Shown here piece after piece: positions 6,454 through 14,927 of a stretch of 64,000 bases of DNA (positions within the stretch are counted from its first letter, which is position 1; every line of letters begins with the position of its first letter). Source of the DNA: an uncultured Anaerolinea sp. (GTDB taxonomy: Bacteria; Chloroflexota; Anaerolineae; Anaerolineales; Anaerolineaceae). Position numbers and translations under genes: made by a program. The notes beneath the pieces are model-generated. The model was given only the letters and a program-made list of their open reading frames with translations, searched no databases and was not told where the DNA came from. The stretch covers positions 111,495 to 175,494 of the forward strand of contig CAYPJS010000078.1 of assembly GCA_964411135.1 (NCBI GenBank), given 5' to 3'.

Positions 6454-8316
6454 ATGGTAGAAATCAGGCCGATAACCGAGATTCGTCCAAAGATAAGCAG
6501 CGAATTCGACCTGGGTGAGTTCGTTCCCCGCACCGAGGCTATCGCCCATGCTTATAGGCTTGGCAAGCAATTGCATGGCGGTCAATTGCGGATGAGTGGT
6601 GAACCTTACTTCGATACGCACTGCGTCTGGGTGGGCGGTTTTCTGGACAAGCTGGTGCAAAACGAAGCCTGGACTATTGCAGGCTTACTGCATGATAGTG
6701 TTGAAGACAGGGGTGAATCACTCGAAAAAATAAAATCCGCCTTTCCTGGCATGCTTGGAGAAGAGGTGGCGTTTATTGTCGACGGCGTAACCAAGATCAG
6801 CAATCCACGGGATGGACGCTCGCGCGAAATTGAAACCTTGCGGAAAATTGCTCAATTCCGCGATCCAGGTGTATTCCTGGTCAAACTTGCCGACAAGAGT
6901 CACAACTTAATGACCCTGGAACACATGCCGGTTGAAAAGGGCCGCCAGAAGGCGACCGAAGCGATACGGGCTTATGGAAAACTGGCGGGAATCTTAAATT
7001 GCTACCGGTGGCGATGCTGGATCGAGGACCTGGCTTTTCCCTTTGCCGAACCGGAAACCTACCAATATGTCCGGTCGCAGATTGACGCCGACCCTAGGTT
7101 GGATACCCGGTTCATTAACCAGATGATGGAGCAGTTGGGTTCTCTCATGGAGAAGGCGGGCATCGACGGACGGGTTGATCTGGTTGTAAATGGTTATTGG
7201 CAGACCTGGCAGAAATTACGCCGGCTGGCGCGAGCCCGAAAAACCTCGATGAATAGTTTTAAAAACATTAATGACTTGATCAGCTTCCGTATGGTCGTGG
7301 CGAGTGATGATCCTACCCAATGCTACAGCCTGCTCCCGCATGTGAACCGTTACCTTGGCGCCTACCTGGATCAAAACAGCTTTGATGACTACATAGCATG
7401 CCCTCAGAACCGTTACCGGGCCTTGCAAATAACTGCCTGGATCCCTGATCGGGGAGCCGTAGAGGTGGCGATAGCCACTGAAGATATGGAAGGCGAAAAC
7501 AACTGGGGAGTGATCCATGCCATCAAAAGAGGGAAAGATATTTCCTCATATTCTCCAGTGGAAATCCTGACGCCGACAGGCGGCGCCCGATTCTTACCAG
7601 AAGGATCTACTGTCCTGGACGCGGTCGCATCAATCCAGCAAGAACTCCTGCTGGATAAAATCAGTTCGGTCAAAGTCAATGGTAGCCTGGCAAGGTTATC
7701 GGACCGTGTTCACCCTGGAGATGTCGTGGAAGTAGTCACAGGCAGCGGGAGACTGATTCCCAATGAGGAGTGGTTAACTTTTGCCAACCCATCGACGGCG
7801 CGGCTCTTGCGCTCAGTGCTGGTTACAGAAGCGTTAAAAAAATCCGCCGAATCTGGCCGTCAAATAATCAAACCAGCTCTGGCTCAGAGGGGAATCCTTG
7901 CGCTAGAGGACGTACAAGCGCTCGAACCTGACCGCTTTGACAACCTTCTCGAGCAACTCGCCTGCGCTTCACTCGAAGATTTGTATGCATCACTCGGCTC
8001 AGGGGCAGTCCGGTTGATTGATTTGGAAAAAGCACTCGATGGGGCCGGAATCGCTGCCCAAGTATTAAATTGGACTACCGTGAATTTTATCGGCACGCAA
8101 GAATCGAACAGGCCGGGGGTTCTGGCACGTCTGGCTTCTTTAATTTCACAGGTTCAGGGCAACATATTGAGATCTGTAAACAATACTCTGCCGTACGGAG
8201 GCTTCTACCTGCGTTTGGTCATTGGAAATCTGACCGCTGAAAACCGGATCGAACTGCGAAAGGCCTTTGAGGAATCCGGAGTCGAATTGGAATCGTTGGA
8301 TATTGCTGGGGTTTGA
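6454..8316 (+). CDS. Long RelA/SpoT homolog (HD hydrolase, degenerate synthetase, TGS, helical, ACT)
   Basis: HGGQLRMSGEPY, LLHDSVED, VDGVTKI, VKLADKSHN; DLISFR, DDYIACP, EVAIAT; TGS LPEGSTVLD...VKVNG; ACT NRPGVLARL. Confidence 0.92.
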   Translation: MVEIRPITEIRPKISSEFDLGEFVPRTEAIAHAYRLGKQLHGGQLRMSGEPYFDTHCVWVGGFLDKLVQNEAWTIAGLLHDSVEDRGESLEKIKSAFPGMLGEEVAFIVDGVTKISNPRDGRSREIETLRKIAQFRDPGVFLVKLADKSHNLMTLEHMPVEKGRQKATEAIRAYGKLAGILNCYRWRCWIEDLAFPFAEPETYQYVRSQIDADPRLDTRFINQMMEQLGSLMEKAGIDGRVDLVVNGYWQTWQKLRRLARARKTSMNSFKNINDLISFRMVVASDDPTQCYSLLPHVNRYLGAYLDQNSFDDYIACPQNRYRALQITAWIPDRGAVEVAIATEDMEGENNWGVIHAIKRGKDISSYSPVEILTPTGGARFLPEGSTVLDAVASIQQELLLDKISSVKVNGSLARLSDRVHPGDVVEVVTGSGRLIPNEEWLTFANPSTARLLRSVLVTEALKKSAESGRQIIKPALAQRGILALEDVQALEPDRFDNLLEQLACASLEDLYASLGSGAVRLIDLEKALDGAGIAAQVLNWTTVNFIGTQESNRPGVLARLASLISQVQGNILRSVNNTLPYGGFYLRLVIGNLTAENRIELRKAFEESGVELESLDIAGV

Positions 8317-8318
8317 AC

Positions 8319-8819
8319 ATGTTGATTGCGGTAATAAGTGACACCCATAACCGTGTTGAAACACTGCAGGCTGCAATTGACTATGTAATTTCGAGACAAA
8401 TTGAGAATATTTTTCACTGCGGTGATGTAACCAATCTTGAAACCGCCCGCCTGCTGGGTGGATTAAATGTCCACTTTGTCTATGGCAATGGAGATTCAGA
8501 CGCTCAAGCAATCACTGAATTTTTGACGTCTATGAATCCAAAGGCCACCGGCGGGCCTATTTTTTCAGGTCAGCTTGCCGGGAAAACCATCGGGGCAACG
8601 CACAGCCATATTACAGGTGTATTAAATTCATTGATTACAGACGGCACCTACGATTATGTTTTTCATGGGCATACCCATATTCAAAGAAATCAGAAAATCG
8701 GAAGGACGAGAGTTATCAATCCTGGCGCGTTGGGTAGTTCTCGGTATAACGGGCAGACCTTATGCGTTCTTGACCTGGAAACCGATCAAGCCGAGTTTCC
8801 AGAATTCGAAGGGGTATAA
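8319..8819 (+). CDS. YfcE-family metallophosphoesterase
   Basis: ISDTH, HCGD, VYGNGD, HSH, HGHTH, INPGA calcineurin-like motifs; ATG at 8319 chosen over TTG 8313. Confidence 0.92.
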   Translation: MLIAVISDTHNRVETLQAAIDYVISRQIENIFHCGDVTNLETARLLGGLNVHFVYGNGDSDAQAITEFLTSMNPKATGGPIFSGQLAGKTIGATHSHITGVLNSLITDGTYDYVFHGHTHIQRNQKIGRTRVINPGALGSSRYNGQTLCVLDLETDQAEFPEFEGV

Positions 8820-8868
8820 CCCCTTTTTAAGGTTAATCACAATGGAACGAATAAGATATAATTTTCAT

Positions 8869-9516
8869 ATGGATGATCGCCCAACTCCTCTCGTCATTGC
8901 CATTGCTGGCGGTTCAGGCTCAGGGAAAACTACTGTAGCCAATGAAATCTTAAAACAGGTTGGCTCGCACCGCATTGCTTATTTACCGCATGACGCCTAT
9001 TATCGGGACCTGACCGATTTACCTTTGAACCAACGCGCTGAAGTAAACTTTGACCACCCCAACTCACTCGAATCCAGTCTGTTGATTGAGCATATTCGAA
9101 AACTAAAACGGTGGGAGCCGGTCGATTTACCGATATATGACTTCACGCACCATAGAAGAACTGGTGAGACTCGGCGAGTCGAGCCCTCAATGGTCATAAT
9201 CGTTGAAGGAATTTTGATCTACGCCGAACCAGAACTTCGCGAAGAATTCGATGTAAAGATCTTCGTAGACACTGATTCGGATTTGCGGTTTATCAGGCGA
9301 CTTGAGCGAGACATTACTGAACGCGGGCGAACCACAGAAACGGTCGTTCGCCAGTACCTGACCACCGTTCGTCCAATGCACATGGATTTTGTAGAGCCGT
9401 CAAAACGTTATGCGGATGTCATAATTCCAGAAGGCGGCTTTAATACCGTTGCCCTCGACATGGTCATTTCCCGCATCGAGTCGCTGCTGCATACCAATCT
9501 TCAAGGCACTAAATGA
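8869..9516 (+). CDS. udk: Uridine kinase
   Basis: IAIAGGSGSGKTT, HDAYY, NFDHP, LPIYDF, EGIL, RRLERD, PSKRYADVIIPEG; start moved to ATG 8869 (8842 also possible). Confidence 0.95.
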   Translation: MDDRPTPLVIAIAGGSGSGKTTVANEILKQVGSHRIAYLPHDAYYRDLTDLPLNQRAEVNFDHPNSLESSLLIEHIRKLKRWEPVDLPIYDFTHHRRTGETRRVEPSMVIIVEGILIYAEPELREEFDVKIFVDTDSDLRFIRRLERDITERGRTTETVVRQYLTTVRPMHMDFVEPSKRYADVIIPEGGFNTVALDMVISRIESLLHTNLQGTK

Positions 9517-10058
9517 CCAAAGAACAGCGCTTAAAATTCCAGCGGATTCTTGCGCTGGTTTTTGCGCTTGCTATTACATTGATTCTCTATTTAAACCGCG
9601 ATAAAGTCCAGGACCTGGAAGGTTTAGGGTATCCTGGTATTTTCCTATTCTCATTACTCTCCAATGCAACTTTGATCTTGCCTCTTCCAGGGGTCTTGTT
9701 TACTTCTGCAATGGGTGCGGTCTTCAATCCATTCTGGGTCGCTGTGGCGGCCGGGAGCGGTGCTGCCTTAGGAGAAATTTCTGGGTACCTGGCAGGCTAC
9801 AGCGGTCAGGGATTGGTCGAACGCACAGCCTGGAGTCAGCGCGTAGAAGGATGGATGCGGAAATATGGAAGCATAACCGTGCTGCTGTTGGCGTTCATTC
9901 CAAATCCGCTATTCGACATCGCCGGGATCACGGCAGGAATTTTAAAAATGCCGCTGCAAATATTTCTTTTCTGGTGTGTGATTGGAAAAATCCTGAAAAT
10001 GCTGGTGTTCGCCCTGGGCGGTTCTTTTATCTTATCCAGAATCCCCTGGCTTCAATAA
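9513..10058 (+). CDS. DedA/VTT (SNARE-associated) family membrane protein
   Basis: LILPLPG, GAALGEISGYLAG, LLLAFIPNPLFDIAGITAG, GKILK motifs; hydrophobic. Confidence 0.88.
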   Translation: MTKEQRLKFQRILALVFALAITLILYLNRDKVQDLEGLGYPGIFLFSLLSNATLILPLPGVLFTSAMGAVFNPFWVAVAAGSGAALGEISGYLAGYSGQGLVERTAWSQRVEGWMRKYGSITVLLLAFIPNPLFDIAGITAGILKMPLQIFLFWCVIGKILKMLVFALGGSFILSRIPWLQ

Positions 10059-10068
10059 ATTCAGGCAG

Positions 10069-10845
10069 CTATTTTAATTTCAATTCAACCTTTTTGGCTG
10101 GCCCCAAATGCTGACGGGCATTCCCGTTCACAACACACAAACTCAGGGCATCCCCGCTGTCGAAGATAGCGACCAGCTCGCCGGGTCGAGCACTGCCAAA
10201 TGTTGTTGAAATACCATGAATCCTTTGATCCCCGCACCGAATTTCTTGCACAATTTCGTCTGCAAGGTCGGTTCTGGTGATATTGGTCACCAGGTTTCCA
10301 AACGTATCTGAATATAGTATTTGCCCCTCAATTACATTGCCTATACGCATAGGCACCGGGGTTTCGATAGAAATAGGATTGTTGATTTTTGGCCCGAAGG
10401 CAGATAAAGGCGTTCCATTGGCAACAAACGCTGCCGCAGGGGCAAAAATATCTCGGCCATGGAATGTGCTGCTGATGGTTTGCAGTTGCAGCTGGGTATT
10501 CTCCAGGGCATACACTTCGACCGGCACCCCTGAGGAGAATGGGACGGTGAACAAACCGTTGTCAGGCCCGACAAAAAATTGATCTCCCGCCCTCGCGATA
10601 AGCCCGCGTCTATTCGTGCCAACACCCGGGTCTACCACGGCAATATGGATCGTACCGGGTGGAAAATAACGATAAGCCCGTCCAAGGATAATGGCACCTT
10701 GTAAAATGTTTTGAGGTTGTACGGCGTGGGTAATATCAGCAATCTGAACGGTGGGGTGGATTTTCCAGATTACCCCTTTCATCACCCCGACAAACTCATC
10801 CTGAATGCCAAAATCAGTCGTTAGAGTTACAACCTGAGTTCGCAT
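10069..10845 (-). CDS. SAM hydroxide adenosyltransferase / DUF62 family (chlorinase/fluorinase superfamily)
   Basis: TLTTDFG, VGVMKGVI, VVDPGVGT.RR, VGPDNG, STFHGRD.FAP, D.FGNL.TNI. Confidence 0.92.
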   Translation of the reverse strand: MRTQVVTLTTDFGIQDEFVGVMKGVIWKIHPTVQIADITHAVQPQNILQGAIILGRAYRYFPPGTIHIAVVDPGVGTNRRGLIARAGDQFFVGPDNGLFTVPFSSGVPVEVYALENTQLQLQTISSTFHGRDIFAPAAAFVANGTPLSAFGPKINNPISIETPVPMRIGNVIEGQILYSDTFGNLVTNITRTDLADEIVQEIRCGDQRIHGISTTFGSARPGELVAIFDSGDALSLCVVNGNARQHLGPAKKVELKLK

Positions 10846-11008
10846 TTATTGATTATAAATGGTTAGGCGCTAGAAGACACCTTTGAAAAGAGATTTTCCA
10901 TGGTTTCCCCACTCTAAGGACTATCCTGCCGGCCGTAATCCAGTACAATCATTTGATATTTTTATATTCTAGAAATGTTCGCCGGATCTTACCAGGATAA
11001 AACGAACT

Positions 11009-12601
11009 TTGCCGCTACATGGAACCTTTCGCCAAACCAGGACGAGACCTGAAATAATAATCATAGTTATGCTGGCCCTGGCCAGCATTTCAGGCTTTCT
11101 CACCGTCGGGTACATGCTCACGATACCGACCGATCCGACGGACAATTTTGTGTTCGGTTTCTCCGCAAAACGTACGGCGATTCTCGCGTTTATCGTGGGC
11201 GCATCTTTTGGATTTCTATTCCTAGTCTTAAAAACACTATTCCGGAGAAGCTGGGCAATTGAGGTTTCGACAGCGCTGTCTGCCATTTTTTCTAAAATCC
11301 AATACCGTTTGATTACATTCTTTGTGCTTAACATCGCGCTGGTGGTTGATTTTTTCATTCTCACCAAACCAATGTACGATGAGACCTTTTTGGATGAATT
11401 CGGAATCCTTTATTCCAGACTTGCCCCTCCCCTCGTTTGGGCAGGATTGATCACCTTTTTTAGTATTCTTGCATTATCTTTGATTGGTATCGAAAATAAT
11501 GGCTCGCGAAAAACCGGGTCCGCCCGAATCGAGTTTCTTGATATCAGCCGCGGGTTTGCGATCCTCCTCGCGATTTCCATCCATATATTCCTCTGGACTG
11601 ATGCGCTCGATATTCTCGGAGGATTTAAACTGGCAATCCTCAGCATCACCAGGACTGGCACCCCTACTTTTATTATATTAACCGGGATTATGGTTGAACT
11701 GGTGTACCTGCGTATCGCGCAGAGTACCAATTTGAGGACTGCTGCAGCCCGTCTGGTTGGACGCTCCTTGATGTGCTACCTTGGTGGTTTAGGGTCAATG
11801 ATCATTCTTGAAATCCGGTATGGAACCACCTTAAGAGAGTTGCTGGATTACGTATTAATGAGGAAAACCTTCGGATATTCATCCATACTTCAGGTTTATA
11901 TTTTTATCCTGCTTCTGATTATCCCAATTCTGTGGCTTAGAATGAAGACCGGGCCTTATTTGGCTCCATTTTCACTAATCGGTTTATGGGTGTTCACGCC
12001 AATTTTTGATCATCTTACCTGGCCAGCAGAGACATCCAACTGGTCAGCTGTCCTTTCCATTCTGACCGGTCACCCGCATGGGTTATCCTCTTTCTCAGCA
12101 TTTCATTTATTGAGTCTTCTGGGTGTTGGGATGATCCTTGGCCGCCTCTTACAAAATGGTTTCCCTGGAAATCATTACCGCCTATTTTCCCGCACCATCA
12201 CCTGGATGATCATTGCTCTTGGTGTGGTAATCATTGGTTTTGGCTTAAAGATTGGTTTTCTGAATTTCCTTTCAGGATACACTGGAAGCTATCGGGTGGA
12301 ACACCACCCCGGATATTACCTGGCTGGGACATTTGGTAGTCTGGTCTTTATCCAAATATTTTTCCTGGCAAGAAGTTCGCGATTAGTAAACTGGATAAAG
12401 CAACCTTTCCTGATCCTCGGGCGTGATTCACTATGGGCATTCGCAGTTGGAAATTCCATCATTTTCCTTTGGCCGATCATCAGGATTGACAACCTCCTCG
12501 AAATGGCGGGTGTATGGCTTGCCCACTGGATGGTGATCCTCTTTATCCTCAATCAAAAACGATTTTTGCTTTCCTGGATTCGAAAACCCGTTGGAAATTA
12601 A
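11009..12601 (+). CDS. Polytopic membrane protein with OpgC-like (acyltransferase-3 clan) C-terminal region and extra N-terminal TM region
   Basis: RIEFLDISRGFAILL..SIH and LGRDSLWAF motifs typical of OpgC; strongly hydrophobic; start codon uncertain. Confidence 0.65.
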   Translation: MPLHGTFRQTRTRPEIIIIVMLALASISGFLTVGYMLTIPTDPTDNFVFGFSAKRTAILAFIVGASFGFLFLVLKTLFRRSWAIEVSTALSAIFSKIQYRLITFFVLNIALVVDFFILTKPMYDETFLDEFGILYSRLAPPLVWAGLITFFSILALSLIGIENNGSRKTGSARIEFLDISRGFAILLAISIHIFLWTDALDILGGFKLAILSITRTGTPTFIILTGIMVELVYLRIAQSTNLRTAAARLVGRSLMCYLGGLGSMIILEIRYGTTLRELLDYVLMRKTFGYSSILQVYIFILLLIIPILWLRMKTGPYLAPFSLIGLWVFTPIFDHLTWPAETSNWSAVLSILTGHPHGLSSFSAFHLLSLLGVGMILGRLLQNGFPGNHYRLFSRTITWMIIALGVVIIGFGLKIGFLNFLSGYTGSYRVEHHPGYYLAGTFGSLVFIQIFFLARSSRLVNWIKQPFLILGRDSLWAFAVGNSIIFLWPIIRIDNLLEMAGVWLAHWMVILFILNQKRFLLSWIRKPVGN

Positions 12602-12706
12602 AACCATTCATTAACCCGATGGGTTTTCTGCTCACGTTGACACAATAATGGGGGCAGGTACTTTTTTCAAACTGGCGCAGCTTGATTGAACCAGTTAAAA
12701 TAAAAG

Positions 12707-12779
12707 AGCCACCGAAGGGATTCGGACCCTTGACCTGGCGTTTACGAAACGTCTGCTCTGCCAGCTGAGCTACGGTGGC
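12707..12779 (-). tRNA. tRNA-Thr (anticodon CGT), no encoded CCA
   Basis: GCCACCG/CGGTGGC acceptor stem, GCTC/GAGC D-stem, anticodon loop TT-CGT-AA, AAGGG/CCCTT T-stem; 73 nt. Confidence 0.9.
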
Positions 12780-12827
12780 CTCGGCCAGATTATACCAGAC
12801 CGATTCAAAAATCAGCAAGGAAACCAC

Positions 12828-14111
12828 ATGAACATCGCTATGCTTTCATACCACACCTGCCCGCTTGCTACCCTGGGTGGGAAAGATACAGGCGGCATGA
12901 ACGTTTACGTTGCCGAACTTACCCGCCACCTTGGAAAGCATGGTGTCCATGTGGATGTTTTTACACGCTCCCAAGATGAGCATGTCCCTCATGTACTGCA
13001 TAATCTGGGATATGGCAACCGCGTAGTCCATATCCCTGCGGGCCCTGAATTTCCTTTGCCTAAACAACAATTGGTCGAACACATCCCGCAGTTCGTGGAA
13101 AATATTCAGCATTTCGCAGAAACGAAAGGCTTGAAATACGATCTCATTCATTCCCATTACTGGATGTCCGGTGTTGCTGCTGAACTGCTGAAAGAGACCT
13201 GGCAGGTTCCGATCATCCAGATGTTCCACACCCTGGTGATGATGAAAAATCGGATCGCCCGCAGTCCTGAAGAAATGGAAGGTCACTACCGTCTCGACGG
13301 CGAGCAGCGAATATTGAAACTTGCTGACCGGATCATTGCTGCGACCCTGGCTGAACAGGCTCAGTTGGAATTTCTTTATCGAGCCGACTCATCCAAAATT
13401 GCCATCATCCCGCCGGGAGTGGATACCAGCAAGTTTTATCCTATTCAAAAGGATGAAGCTAAGGCTGCTATAGGTATGCCAACCGACGGCCAGATGATCC
13501 TTTTCGTCGGACGCATCGAGCCGCTCAAAGGCGTCGATACCTTGCTGAATGCCCTTGCATACATACAAAAAACACGCAACCTGGATTGCTGCCCGCATTA
13601 CCTGGCCATCATTGGCGGTGACCCGGAGGATACTGAGCAAAGGTTGACCCGCGAAATGGGACGTATCAAGACCCTCAGCCAGGAGCTCGGTTTGAGCGAG
13701 ATCGTCATGTTCCTAGGAAAACGCAGCCAGGACTCACTACCCTATTATTATTCGGCCGCCGATGTGGTCGTGGTACCGTCCCATTATGAATCCTTCGGCA
13801 TGGTAGCTCTGGAGGCGATGGCCTGCGGTACTCCGGTAGTTGCCTCGCAGGTTGGTGGATTGGCGTTCCTTGTTCAGGATGGGGTAACCGGGTTCGTGGT
13901 TCCAAACGGCGAACCTGAGTTGCTCGGTCAACACCTGATTGAAATAATCCTCGACCCGGACCTGCGTGACCGGCTGGGGTCGCAGGGGGCAGAAATCGCC
14001 CGCGGTTACTCGTGGGACACAATAGCAGCCAGGATTCTCAAGGTTTACAACGATCTGATTGGATCACCAGTGCATTCCCACCAGGAGATGCATCACAATC
14101 CGGTCGTGTAA
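12828..14111 (+). CDS. GT4 glycosyltransferase, MshA-like
   Basis: SYHTCPLATLGGKDTGGMNVYV, HSHYWMSG, FHTL, FVGRIEPLKG, PSHYESFGMVALEAMACGTPVVAS. Confidence 0.9.
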   Translation: MNIAMLSYHTCPLATLGGKDTGGMNVYVAELTRHLGKHGVHVDVFTRSQDEHVPHVLHNLGYGNRVVHIPAGPEFPLPKQQLVEHIPQFVENIQHFAETKGLKYDLIHSHYWMSGVAAELLKETWQVPIIQMFHTLVMMKNRIARSPEEMEGHYRLDGEQRILKLADRIIAATLAEQAQLEFLYRADSSKIAIIPPGVDTSKFYPIQKDEAKAAIGMPTDGQMILFVGRIEPLKGVDTLLNALAYIQKTRNLDCCPHYLAIIGGDPEDTEQRLTREMGRIKTLSQELGLSEIVMFLGKRSQDSLPYYYSAADVVVVPSHYESFGMVALEAMACGTPVVASQVGGLAFLVQDGVTGFVVPNGEPELLGQHLIEIILDPDLRDRLGSQGAEIARGYSWDTIAARILKVYNDLIGSPVHSHQEMHHNPVV

Positions 14112-14119
14112 ACCAGCGG

Positions 14120-14881
14120 TTAGTAGAGGATTCCGAAGGCAACCGACAATCCAATTAAACCCACCTGCCATAGACCCAGGGCAGCCCAGATCCGGTGAAT
14201 TTTGTAAGAAGCGCGAAAAATCAAGTAGCAGACGCCAAATAATATTCCGGCGGCTGCCAGAAACCCGATGAAATAATACAAAGCGGCCGAGGATGTTCCA
14301 AGGCGAGCCTGGACAAGAATTTGCACCAACAAAATCCGAGTGAACCAGCTGGTCAGGAACGAAAGGAAAAAAAATTTTACGCCCAGAGGTAAAACCGGCC
14401 GCCAGAGGGTGAACCCCAGCCATGTGACCAGCACAAGGATCATTATAGATGCAACTGACCCCAGATTGATATTGGTAAAAACCTGGATCAACAAGAGCGA
14501 GTGCCAGAAAAATTGGCCTGCGATCATACCCGAAACTGCCCGGAACACATCTTGCTGGCTGGAAACCGTGCTCCGATCAAGTGCGATTACCCCCATAATA
14601 ACCGAGATGAAGAAATAAATGAGCAGTCCCTCATTCCGGGCTGAAGCCTGAATAGGGTAAATCATTAAATCCATCACCAGGGTAAGGGCAATTAACAGTA
14701 GAGCCGGCACGACGCCTTCAACAACCCTTTTTGACGCTCCGGGTGGGATATTCCGCCATGAAAGCGGAGTGTGGAGAACCTCAGACCAGGTTTGGCGTAT
14801 GTGTTTTTCGACGGCTGCCGCGTGAGTCGGACCAAAAGTATCCTGATGAATTAATGAATGTGGTGTATCAATTTTTTGCAT
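14120..14881 (-). CDS. Hypothetical polytopic membrane protein
   Basis: 253-aa ORF with about seven hydrophobic segments filling the gap between GT4 and dinB; no family recognised. Confidence 0.75.
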   Translation of the reverse strand: MQKIDTPHSLIHQDTFGPTHAAAVEKHIRQTWSEVLHTPLSWRNIPPGASKRVVEGVVPALLLIALTLVMDLMIYPIQASARNEGLLIYFFISVIMGVIALDRSTVSSQQDVFRAVSGMIAGQFFWHSLLLIQVFTNINLGSVASIMILVLVTWLGFTLWRPVLPLGVKFFFLSFLTSWFTRILLVQILVQARLGTSSAALYYFIGFLAAAGILFGVCYLIFRASYKIHRIWAALGLWQVGLIGLSVAFGILY

Positions 14882-14927
14882 GCTGCCCTCATTTCATGTC
14901 TATCAGGATACGAACAGGCCTAAATCA

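Noticed and set aside
10860-12779. tRNA-Thr as integration site for the OpgC-like gene
   Set aside because: No duplicated tRNA 3' end (GAGCCACCGAAGGGA) and no integrase found by eye.
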